Shown: positions 1-10,500 of the stretch, piece by piece | How positions within the stretch are numbered: position 1 is the first letter of the stretch | Layout of the letters: each line of letters opens with the position of its first letter | Source of the DNA: an uncultured Chitinophagales bacterium | GTDB taxonomy: Bacteria; Bacteroidota; Bacteroidia; Chitinophagales; JADIYW01 | DNA length: 64,000 nucleotides | Reading direction: 5' to 3' | NCBI GenBank assembly: GCA_964507125.1 | Contig: CAZDOT010000007.1 | Location: 19,764 to 83,763, forward strand | Notes under the pieces: model-generated | What the model saw: the letters and a program-made list of their open reading frames with translations, nothing else | Database searches by the model: none | Told to the model about the DNA's origin: nothing | Translations under genes and position numbers: made by a program

Positions 1-1
1 T

Positions 2-181
2 ATTGAGAAGCGAGTTGGTGCACCGATTGCAGCCGCGTGCTATGAAGATTTAACGCCGGAAGAAGAAAAAAACAAATTAAAATTTCCTGCTGTTTTCTAC
101 GAAGTGCGCGACAAAGGCAGTGGCAGACCAACCAAAAAAGACCGAAGAGAGATTGAGAAATTTAAAGAAATAGATGATTGA
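2..181 (+). CDS. 3' end of an unidentified CDS truncated by the window edge
   Basis: The frame is open from nt 2 to the TGA at 179-181. The C-terminal peptide is ...YEVRDKGSGRPTKKDRREIEKFKEIDD. I do not recognise the family. Confidence 0.4.
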   Translation: MEKRVGAPIAAACYEDLTPEEEKNKLKFPAVFYEVRDKGSGRPTKKDRREIEKFKEIDD

Positions 182-250
182 AAATGGATTTATTTAAGTA
201 TTAATAACAAACGAGCTACTCAAAAGTCAACTATTAATCTGAAAAAACAC

Positions 251-258
251 TAATTTTG
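251..258 (+). promoter_or_regulatory. Candidate Bacteroidota -7 promoter box (TAatTTTG) for tatA-gatA
   Basis: TAATTTTG at 251-258 matches the TAnnTTTG consensus and lies 18 nt upstream of the tatA ATG. No clean -33 TTG is present. Confidence 0.3.
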
Positions 259-275
259 TAGTAAATATAATAGCT

Positions 276-482
276 ATGTTTGGATTACATGGAACAGAAT
301 TATGGTTTATTTTAGCAGTAGTTGTATTGCTTTTTGGTGGTAAAAAAATTCCGGAATTAATGCGTGGTATTGGTAAAGGTGTTCGTGAATTTAATGCAGC
401 AAAATCAAACTTGCAAGATGAGTTTGACAAAGGCTTAAAAGAAGACGAAGCTAAGAAACAACAATTACCTGAAAATAAATAA
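276..482 (+). CDS. tatA: Twin-arginine translocase subunit TatA/E
   Basis: 68 aa. The N-terminus has a TM helix plus amphipathic helix, [39 protein letters not shown], which is the canonical TatA pattern. Confidence 0.9.
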   Translation: MFGLHGTELWFILAVVVLLFGGKKIPELMRGIGKGVREFNAAKSNLQDEFDKGLKEDEAKKQQLPENK

Positions 483-498
483 TCTAATTCTTTTATAG

Positions 499-1923
499 GT
501 GGAAATATACAGATCTCTCAAGACGCTGCAAGCAGATTTATATAGTCAAAAGTTTACAGTTACTGCATATATCCAACATACATTACAAACAATAAAAGCT
601 CATGCACACCTCAATGCATTTGTACATGTCTTCGAGGAAAGTGCTCTTCAACAAGCTACTACATTAGATGCGAAACTTCAAAACAAACAAGCCTTAGGGA
701 AATTGTTTGGGTTAACGATTGCCATAAAAGATAATATCGTGTATGCCAACCATCCGGCAACAGGTGCTTCCAAAATATTAGAAGGTTTTATTTCACCTTA
801 TTCAGCTACAGTAGTAGAAAAATTATTGCAAGAAGATGCCATTATTGTGGGTACTACCAATTGCGATGAATTTGCGATGGGCGGTAGTAATGAAAATTCT
901 TATTACGGTCCGGTACTTAATCCACACGATACAACTTGTGTTTCCGGTGGTTCTTCCGGTGGTTCTGCGGTAGCAGTTGCAGCTAATTTATGCATGGCAG
1001 CACTTGGCTCTGATACTGGCGGTTCTATTCGTCAGCCGGCTTCCTTTTGCGGAATTGTTGGATTGAAACCTACGTATGGTCGTGTTTCTCGTTATGGTTT
1101 GATGGCGTATGGTTCCTCTTTCGACCAAATTGGCCCATTTACGCATACTGTTGAAGATACCGCACTTATTTTAGAAGTAATTGCCGGTGCTGATGCGTAT
1201 GATGCAACTTGTTCACCAGAGGCTGTTCCTACTTATACCGCAAGTTTACAATCCAATCAAAAATATAAAATTGCATATTACAAAAATGCCTTAGAACACG
1301 AAGGTGTTGATGCCGAAGTTCAAGGGGCTTGCTGGCAATTTATTGAGCGTTTAATACAAGATGGGCACACAGTGGAGGCAATAGAATTTGCCGAATTAGA
1401 TTACATAGTTCCGGCGTATTATGTGCTTACTACAGCAGAGGCATCAAGTAATCTTTCTCGCTATGATGGAGTAAAATATGGCTATCGAGCTAAAGAGGCA
1501 GTCGATTTAGAATCAACCTATAAATTAACACGCTCACAAGGATTCGGAAAGGAAGTGCAACGCAGAATTATGAGCGGTGCATTTGTGTTAAGTGCCGGAT
1601 ACTATGATGCTTATTATTCTAAGGCACAAAAAGTACGTCGCATTGTGGCAGAGAAAACAAAACAAACTTTAGAAACATACGATTTTATTTTTTGTCCGAC
1701 GGCACCTACACCGGCGTACAAAATTGGAGCAGTACAAGATTCTATCGCCTCTTTCTTAGGTGATATTTTTACAGTACAAGCCAATATTGTAGGTGTTCCG
1801 GGTATTTCATTGCCATTATATCAAACACAAAAAGGATTACCTATTGGTATGCAACTAATGGCTGGTAGATGGCAAGAAGAAAAATTATTGGCAATTGCTA
1901 ATAGTTTATGTGCTACTACATGA
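499..1923 (+). CDS. gatA: Asp-tRNA(Asn)/Glu-tRNA(Gln) amidotransferase subunit A
   Basis: 474 aa with the amidase signature GGSSGGSAVAVAA ... GSDTGGSIRQPASFCG. GTG start 16 nt after the tatA stop. Confidence 0.93.
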   Translation: MEIYRSLKTLQADLYSQKFTVTAYIQHTLQTIKAHAHLNAFVHVFEESALQQATTLDAKLQNKQALGKLFGLTIAIKDNIVYANHPATGASKILEGFISPYSATVVEKLLQEDAIIVGTTNCDEFAMGGSNENSYYGPVLNPHDTTCVSGGSSGGSAVAVAANLCMAALGSDTGGSIRQPASFCGIVGLKPTYGRVSRYGLMAYGSSFDQIGPFTHTVEDTALILEVIAGADAYDATCSPEAVPTYTASLQSNQKYKIAYYKNALEHEGVDAEVQGACWQFIERLIQDGHTVEAIEFAELDYIVPAYYVLTTAEASSNLSRYDGVKYGYRAKEAVDLESTYKLTRSQGFGKEVQRRIMSGAFVLSAGYYDAYYSKAQKVRRIVAEKTKQTLETYDFIFCPTAPTPAYKIGAVQDSIASFLGDIFTVQANIVGVPGISLPLYQTQKGLPIGMQLMAGRWQEEKLLAIANSLCATT

Positions 1924-2121
1924 TCTTGAGTCTATTAATTCTTCTGCAAATGATCTTTATTTGTTACTATCTGAATAGAAGTAAAATCCTAAATCACCGA
2001 ATACCTATCATACATAAGCACGAGCCTATTTGTCTATCAAATACAGCACAAAAATTTCTAAAAAAATCCTAAATAATGGCATTTTGTCGTGCAAAAAATT
2101 CATTTTCCGTATCTTGCAAAG

Positions 2122-3795
2122 ATGAGATTCGGAAAGCAGACTTCGTGGTATATTTTTATCTTTTTGTGTTGGTTAAATGGGCAAGTGCTGGCTCAAACTA
2201 CACCACCATCCCAATTCAAAGACAATCAAAGTGAGTTGGAAATTCCGACAGAAGAACAATTGTTTAAAGATGATCCGGATCCGGTGGTTTTGAGTGCACA
2301 AATTGCAGTTCGATTAAAAAAAATACAAAAATCAATTGCCTTAGATTATAACGACCATGTACAAAAATACATCTCGTATAATACCAATGAAAAACGGAAA
2401 ACACATATTGCCAAAATGCTGGCAAGAGCCCAAAAATTCTTTCCCATTTTTGAACCTATTTTAGCCAAATATGGTATTCCTGATGAAATGAAATACTTGG
2501 CAGTAGTAGAGTCGGCACTTAATCCATTCGCATTTTCAAAAGCAGGTGCCAGTGGTCCTTGGCAATTTATGTATAGCACAGCTTTGCGGTATAATTTAAC
2601 CATCAATAAACGCATCGATGAACGCAGAGACCCTTATTTAGCGTGCGATGCGGCAGCACGATATTTGTTGGAGTCGTATAATTTATATGGCGATTGGCAA
2701 ATGGCAATTGCATCGTATAATTGCGGTGCCGGTAATGTCAATAAAGCTATTAAAAAAGCCGGTGGTTCTAATAATTTTTGGGATATCCGACCGTATCTTC
2801 CGGCAGAAACCAGAGCATATGTTCCATCATTTATTGCTATCGTTTATGCCATGAAATATGCCGATAGATATGGAATTGCTCCGTTAGAAATACAAGCAGA
2901 ACATACGCACCGCGTGAATGTACGTCATAAAATTACCGTGTTGGATTTGGAAAAAGTATTGGAAATTCCGAGGCAAGTTATTATTGACGAAAACCCATCA
3001 TTGCTCACTACTTCGATTCCACAAGATTTTATTTTAAATATTCCGGTTTCAAAAATTGACGCTTATCAGAGTTTGCAAGATTCATTGTATCAAAAAGCAT
3101 TGTGCGAACAAGAAGAACAATTGTTAGAGTCGCCGATTGTAAATGCCATAACAAAAGCTACAGCTACAAACACCAAATCAACGACTAAAACTACAACAAC
3201 AAAAGAATCTTGGAAAGATATTCCAACAGTAGAAGATAAACCGGAAACAGTAACAACCAAAACAAATACAGAAACTATTTCAAAAGTAGATGATGTCAAT
3301 TATAAAACAATGGCTTATACCGTGAAGAAAGGCGATAACCTTGGCAACATTGCATCTTGGTTTCATTGTACGGTAAAAGAAATTAGAGATTGGAATCAGT
3401 TGCCGGATAACACGATAAAATTAAACGATGAGTTATTGGTGTATGTACATAAAAACGACTTGAAGAAATTCGTTCGGTTTAACTATTTAAGTAAAAATAT
3501 AAAAGATGAACTAAGTAGTAAAATCACTACGTTTGAAGAAGCAGCAGCTGCCACAAAATCAAAAGAAATAAAATCGAAAGAGCCTTTTGTGGATAAAATA
3601 AATCCGATTAAAATTTATAACAAAAAAGATTGTTTCCAAACGCATATCGTAAAAAATGGAGAAACGCTGTATGGCATCGCTCAAAAATACGATGACGTAA
3701 CCGTGCAAGATCTCTTAAAATGGAACGGGTTTAAGAAAAATCCCATTTTACACAAAGGTGATAAACTTAAAGTTCGAAAAATTAAATGTAAATAA
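2122..3795 (+). CDS. Secreted lytic murein transglycosylase (SLT domain) with two C-terminal LysM domains, MltD-like
   Basis: SLT catalytic motif VVESALNPFAFSKAGASGPWQFM. LysM repeats YTVKKGDNLGNIASWF and HIVKNGETLYGIAQKY. I prefer the ATG at 2122 because it gives the signal peptide MRFGKQTSWYIFIFLCWLNGQVLAQ; the ORF track starts at the GTG at 2089. Confidence 0.85.
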   Translation: MRFGKQTSWYIFIFLCWLNGQVLAQTTPPSQFKDNQSELEIPTEEQLFKDDPDPVVLSAQIAVRLKKIQKSIALDYNDHVQKYISYNTNEKRKTHIAKMLARAQKFFPIFEPILAKYGIPDEMKYLAVVESALNPFAFSKAGASGPWQFMYSTALRYNLTINKRIDERRDPYLACDAAARYLLESYNLYGDWQMAIASYNCGAGNVNKAIKKAGGSNNFWDIRPYLPAETRAYVPSFIAIVYAMKYADRYGIAPLEIQAEHTHRVNVRHKITVLDLEKVLEIPRQVIIDENPSLLTTSIPQDFILNIPVSKIDAYQSLQDSLYQKALCEQEEQLLESPIVNAITKATATNTKSTTKTTTTKESWKDIPTVEDKPETVTTKTNTETISKVDDVNYKTMAYTVKKGDNLGNIASWFHCTVKEIRDWNQLPDNTIKLNDELLVYVHKNDLKKFVRFNYLSKNIKDELSSKITTFEEAAAATKSKEIKSKEPFVDKINPIKIYNKKDCFQTHIVKNGETLYGIAQKYDDVTVQDLLKWNGFKKNPILHKGDKLKVRKIKCK

Positions 3796-3960
3796 GCTTT
3801 TTTTTTGAAGTGTTATACATTCAACAATTCCATCCATTATTGTTTTTTCTTATTTCTATTACCTAAGCTAAAAGGTTAAAAGTCAATATTAAAAATTTGA
3901 TTTTATAGAATTTTTGGTATTTTGTGCTGTAATCTAAAAAACGCACCACAACCGAAAACT

Positions 3961-4557
3961 ATGTACGCATATTTGAATGGAAAAATTTCGCTTAAAACAC
4001 CTACGCACGTATATTTAGATTGCAATGGTATTGCGTTTTTTGTTAACATCACGCTACACACATTTTCCCAATTAGAACAAGATGCGTTCGTGAAATTATA
4101 CACGCATTTGGTGGTTCGTGAAGATGCACATATTTTATACGGTTTCATTAGCGAAGAAGAGAAGAATATGTTTTTGCATTTAATCTCTGTTTCCGGTGTT
4201 GGACCCAATACCGCTCGGTTGGTACTTTCGTCGTTATCCGTGCAAGAATTTCAGAAGGCAATAATTCAGGAAGATGTGCGTTTAATACAATCTATAAAAG
4301 GTATCGGACCAAAATCAGCACAACGTCTTATTTTGGAATTGAAAGATAAATTAAAAAAATCACCTACATCGGAAGGAATGGAAGCAACATTATTGCACAG
4401 TCATTCATCCATAATGAGTGATGAAGCGTTGGCGGCTTTAACTATGTTGGGTTTTCAAAAACCACAAGCAGAGAAAGCCATCACCAAAGTTTGGAAAGAA
4501 AATGGAAATGTGCAGACAGTAGAAGATTTGATAAAATTAAGCTTGAAAAATTTATAA
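3961..4557 (+). CDS. ruvA: Holliday junction DNA helicase subunit RuvA
   Basis: N-terminus MYAYLNGKI..., HhH motifs ISVSGVGPNTARLVLS and IKGIGPKSAQRLILEL, and a C-terminal domain III. The ATG at 3961 is in frame within the longer track ORF 3922-4557. Confidence 0.9.
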   Translation: MYAYLNGKISLKTPTHVYLDCNGIAFFVNITLHTFSQLEQDAFVKLYTHLVVREDAHILYGFISEEEKNMFLHLISVSGVGPNTARLVLSSLSVQEFQKAIIQEDVRLIQSIKGIGPKSAQRLILELKDKLKKSPTSEGMEATLLHSHSSIMSDEALAALTMLGFQKPQAEKAITKVWKENGNVQTVEDLIKLSLKNL

Positions 4558-4577
4558 ATTTGTAGCATAAACAGCTA

Positions 4578-7500
4578 GTGAGAAGAACTATACATAACAC
4601 TTCTATCGGTATTTTGTTGTTCGTTGCCTTTGCTTTCGGCAACAGTTTTCTCTTTTCACAAACGACAGATTCAGCTCAATTAAAATTAAAATATCCTATT
4701 CAGGATAGAAATACCAGTTTTGTTACCACAAAATCGGCCGCTACGATAGATTTAAAAGATCCTTCTATTATTCAAAAAAATGTAGAATATGATCCCAAAA
4801 CCAACAAATATATTGTGTATGAAAAAATTGGCGATGATTATTATAAAACGCCAACATACATGACGTATGACGAATATTTACAATACACCAACAAAGAAGC
4901 CGAGCAATCTTACTTCCAACAACGTTCCAGAGCTATTGACTTAGCAGAACGTAAGAGCAAACAACCTTTTTTATATCAAGGTCCGGAATTAACCAATCGC
5001 TTTTTAGGTGGCACTAAAATAGAAATAAAACCACAAGGTAATGTAGATGTAACTATTGGTGTCAATTCTCAACGAACCGACAATCCGGTGTTGTTGCAAA
5101 ATCAACGTCGCAATATCAATTTTGATTTTGATATGAATATCCAATTAGGATTACAAGCATCCATTGGTGATAAAATAAAATTAGGAATTAATTATAATAC
5201 AAAATCGGGTTTTGCATTTGAGAACCAATTGAAATTGGCATATAAAGGAAAAGAAGATGATATCATTCAAGGTGTTGAATTTGGAAATATTAGTTTGCCT
5301 TTAAGAAGTGCCTTGATAAAGGGTCCACAGAATTTATTTGGTATCAAAACACAATTAAAATTTGGCAGATTAACCATCACCAATATTTTATCACAACAAA
5401 AATCAAAAACAGAATCTGTTCGCATAGAAAATGGTGCTCAAACTAAAAGTTTCAATATCAAAGCCGATGAGTATGAAGATAACCGACATTTCTTCATTGC
5501 TCAATACTTTAGAGATATGTATGAGCAAAGCTTGAGTAAATTACCTTTTGTAAGTGCACAAACTACTATCAATAAAATTGAAGTTTGGATTACCAATAAA
5601 ACACGACAAACAGTAGATGTTCGTGAAATGGTAGCTTTCCAAGATTTAGGTGAGATTAATAAAGTATTTAATCCATCTTTATTAAATGGAAATACCAATC
5701 CTTATCCGGAAAGCAACTCCAATAATTTATATAATATTTTAACAAGAAGCACAGATGCACTTGATTTCCGCGACCCATCACGTACTATTAGTTTCTTAGA
5801 AAGACACGGTTTGCAAGCAGTAGATGATTTTGAAAAAGTAAGTGCCAGAAAATTAGCAACAACAGAGTATTCTTTTAATGCTCAATTAGGATATATTTCC
5901 TTAAATCAACAACTTCGACCAGATGAAGTTTTGGGTGTTGCCATTCAATATACCGTAAATGGAAAAGTGTATCAATTAGGTGAATTCGCATCTGATTTAC
6001 CACCATTAGCAGATACTACCAAAACGAAAGACCAAATTATTGCATTGAAAATGTTGAAAGCAACTTCCGTGCGTACGGTAGAGCCTATTTGGGATTTGAT
6101 GATGAAAAACGTTTATTCTTTAGGTGCATATAATGTAAATCCGGATCAATTTTTCTTAGATATCTATTATCAAGATCCGGGCGGCGGACAAAAACGATAT
6201 TTACCCGAAACACCAGCACCGAACGCTGTTGCAGGTCAACAATTATTAAAAGTGTTGAACCTCGATAATTTAAATAACCAATTGGATCCGCAAAACGATG
6301 GTAAGTTTGATTTTATTCCAAATATAACTATCACACCTAAGAATGGTAAAATTTATTTTCCGGTCTTAGAGCCATTTGGTTCATATTTGGCTTCCAAAAT
6401 TGGCGACCCAAACGTTGCTGCAAAATATGCGTATCGCTATTTGTATGATACCACAAAATATGCAGCACAGCAATTTCCGGAATTTAATCGGTTTAGTTTA
6501 AAAGGGACTTATCGTGGAACAGATAACAGTACTTTCCGTTTGCCAGGTGCATTTAATTTACCGCAAGGCTCTGTTACCGTAACAGCAGGAGGAACGCAAT
6601 TAACCGAAAATGTTGATTTCACCGTAAACTACGGAATTGGTGAAGTGGTTATTGTCAATCAAGGTGTTTTAAATTCCGGTGTTCCAATCGATATAAAATT
6701 TGAAAACAATGTATTGTTTGGTGTAGTGAATAAAACATTGTTTGGAACAAGATTAGATTATGCCGTTAATAAAAATATCAATATCGGATTTACACATTTA
6801 AGATTGGCTGAAAAACCATTTACACAAAAAGTAAACTTAAACGACGATCCGGTAAAAAATAATGTAATTGGTATTGATTTCAATTATGCTACTGAATCCA
6901 AAGGGTTGACTCGTATCTTTAATAAGATTACAGCTCAAGATACCAAAGCACCTTCTAAGATTTCTGCTTCCGGTGAAGCAGCCGTTTTCATTCCGGGACA
7001 CTCCAAAGCAATCAACATTGATGAAGCCGGAACCGTATATGTAGATGATTTTGAAGGAGCCAGCACCATGTTCGATTTAAAAGGAAGTTTTCTTACTTGG
7101 TCTTTAGCATCTGCACCGAAAGGTATGCCTAATATTTTTGGTGCTGAAAAGTTTCCGGAAGCTCGCGTGAGTGATAGTTTGGTATATGGTTTTAATAGAG
7201 CTAAATTGGCTTGGTATTCCATTGACCCTGTTTTTATGGGAACTTCTAATAGTAACCCATTAAACAGCACAGTCCGCCAAGAAACATTGAATAATATTTA
7301 CACTCGACAATTTTATGAGCAAGATGTTTTTAAAAACAGACAAAATTCTACTATAACAAATCCACCATTATACACACTCGATTTATCTTATTTTCCTAAA
7401 GAAAAAGGACCTTTCAATTACGAAACAACACCTACCGTTTATTCAAAAGGGATAAATAATTTAGGATTACTCAATAATCCCGAAACGCGTTGGGGCGGTA

Positions 7501-10500
7501 TTATGCGTACGATTGAAAGTACCAGTGACTTTGAAGCTGCCAATATCGAGTTTGTACAATTCTGGGTACTCGATCCATTTAAATTCTCTGGTGCTGATAG
7601 AAAAGGAAATCTTTACATCCAATTGGGAAGTGTGTCAGAAGATATCTTGAAAGATTCCAAAAAACAATACGAAAACGGCTTGCCACGACCGAATGGCGGT
7701 ACTACCGTTGATACTTCATCTTGGGGTGTTACGCCTACTATTCAAAATGCATTAACGAATAGTTTTGATGCCGATCCGGATGTGATTAAAAAACAAGATG
7801 TCGGATTAGATGGTTTAGATAATGACGGCGAACGTGCCTTCTTTGCGAATTATTTAAGTAACTATGCATCGATCGTTAGTAACTCAGCTGCATTAGATAA
7901 AATGAATAATGACCCATCCGGTGATGATTATATATTTAATAGAGATGATCGTTTTGGTGGAGAAGTAGGCGTGATAACACGTTATAAAGATTTTTCGAAT
8001 ACACAAGGCAACTCATCCAATAATATCAGCGGAAATAGTAATGTTAACGGAAACTCTAAAACTCAACCGGATAATGAAGATTTAAACAACGATAATACCT
8101 TAAACGAAACAGAAGAGTATTTCCAATATCGAATTTCTTTTGATGATAACTTCTTGGCAAACTCGCCATATATCACTAGTAGACAAGGTTTCCAAATCAA
8201 TGGAAACGATTCTGCTTATTGGTATCAAGTAAAAATTCCGGTAAAAGAATTTGAAGCACGTGTTGGTAATATCGCCGATTTTCGATCTATTCGATTTATC
8301 CGTATGATTTTATCCGACTTTACGGATAGCGTAACACTACGTTTGGCAGAGTTTGGTTTGGTAAGAAATCAATGGAGAAAATACGATTTGTCTTTAGCGA
8401 ATCCGGGTGAGCAATTGCCGGGCGATGAAACTTCCGGAACAGAATTTAATGTAACAGCTGTAAGCGTGGAAGAAAACGCAACGCGAACGCCTATACCGTA
8501 TGCTATTCCACCGGGCATCAACAGAGAACAAAATATCAGCGGATACAATAATGCATTGCAAAACGAACAATCAATGAGCTTGCAAGTGTGCGAGTTAAAA
8601 GATGGTGATGCACGTGCCGTATTTAAAACCACCAACTTAGATTTGCGTAATTATAAACGCCTGAAATTATTTACACATGCCGAAAATTTTCCGGGTGATA
8701 AAGGTTCTTTGTTCCCAATTAAAGATAACGATTTGACAGTTTTTATGCGTATTGGTTCCGACTTTACGGATAACTATTACGAATACGAAATTCCTTTGAA
8801 AGTAACACCAGCCGGCAATTATAATCCAGAAAGTGAAATGGATAAACGACTTATTTGGCCGGATTCCAATCAGATGAATGTATTGTTGGATAGCTTAACT
8901 GCAGTAAAACAGAAACGCAACCAAAGTAGTGCCTCATTAATTTTGCCGTATGATGTTACTTTGACGAATGGTGATAAAATAAGTATAAAAGGTAATCCGG
9001 ATTTAGGCGTTGCCTCCGTATTCATGATAGGTATTCGAAATCCAAAACGTATTATTGGTGAAAATGATGATAAAGATGATGGTTTGTCGAAATGTGGGGA
9101 AGTTTGGGTGAATGAGCTACGGCTTTCCGGATTTGATGAACGCGTAGGCTGGGCTGCATTGGGAAGAGTAGATATGCAATTAGGTAATTTAGGAAATGTG
9201 GTATTCTCCGGAAATATGCATACTATCGGATATGGTGATTTAGAACAACGCCTCAATCAACGCTATAGAGATAATTATTATCAATACGATGTTGCGACCA
9301 ACTTACAATTAGGAAATTTAATTCCGGAAAAAGCCGGTTTGCAAATTCCGGTATATGCTCAATTTTCACAATCTATCAGTACACCTCAATATGATCCATA
9401 TGAGTTAGATGTGGAATTAGAAGATAAATTTGATGTTATTAATGCAGATGGTAATTTATCTAAAGCGCGTAAAAAAGAGTTGGTAGATTCTGTAAAACGA
9501 GTAGCACAAGATGTTACAACGATTAAAAGTTTCAATGTTACAAATTTACATAAAGAGCGAACTAATCCACAAAAAGAACCACGTGTGTACGATGTAGAGA
9601 ACTTCAATATGTCGTATGCATTTACACAAACCGACCGCAGAAATCCAATTATTGAAAGCGAAACCGTAACCAGACATAGAGGTTCTTTAGGTTGGAATTT
9701 TTCACCGAAACCCTTAGTTTGGCAACCTTTTAAAAAATTAAAAAATAATAGCATTCATCTTAAACCAATTAAGGAATTCAATATCAATTTAAAACCTAAT
9801 AGCGTAGCGTTTAGAACCGATATTAACCGACAATATGGTGTACAAAAAATAAGAGATATTGGCGGCGATGGATTAATTATTCCGGCTACATACGATAAAT
9901 ATTTCACTTGGGATAGATATTGGAGTATCAAATACAATTTGACAAAATCGATTAGTATTGATTTTACGGCGAATAATAAAGCCAGAATCGATGAGCCGGC
10001 AGGTGCAATTGATACAAAAGAAAAACGCGATTCTGTGCGTCGTAATTTCTGGAAGTTTGGTAGAAATGTTGGCTACGATCATATCTTTAATGCCTCGTAT
10101 AATTTACCATTCCAACATTTTCCGGCATTAGATTGGATAAATGTAAAAACAAGATATAGTGCAGATTATTCTTACTTAGCTTCTTCCTTAGAGTTGAGTA
10201 GTTTAGGTAATACCGTTAAAAATGGACAAAATTATCAAATCACCGGAGATGTTAATTTCAAAAGCTTATTCCAAAAATCAAAATTCTTAAAACCATATAC
10301 CTTATCCAATCCTAAGAAAACAAAACAAGAATATGCCGATTCGTATGCTAAATACAAGGAAAATGAAAGCAAGGTTAAAGAGAAAATAATTAAGAAAGCC
10401 GAAGAGATTGAAAAGAAAATTAAAGAGATAGAAGTTGCTGAGAAAGATACCTCAAAAACTAAAGCGGATATTAAGAAATTAGTGAACGACAAAAAACAAT

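Noticed and set aside
3150-3300. A Thr/Lys-rich low-complexity stretch (TATNTKSTTKTTTTKE...TVTTKTNTET) in the lytic transglycosylase, considered as a possible repeat element.
   Set aside because: It is consistent with a flexible inter-domain linker between the SLT and LysM domains. It has no nucleotide-level tandem periodicity.
8870-9754. Long antisense ORFs inside sprA (128 aa at 8870-9256 and 122 aa at 9386-9754, minus strand). Similar antisense ORFs occur inside rng (22735-23103), rsmA (44969-45367) and metG (51103-51492).
   Set aside because: They lie entirely within well-supported genes on the opposite strand. They have low-complexity, hydrophobic or Ser-rich composition and no recognisable motifs. 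I treat them as shadow ORFs.
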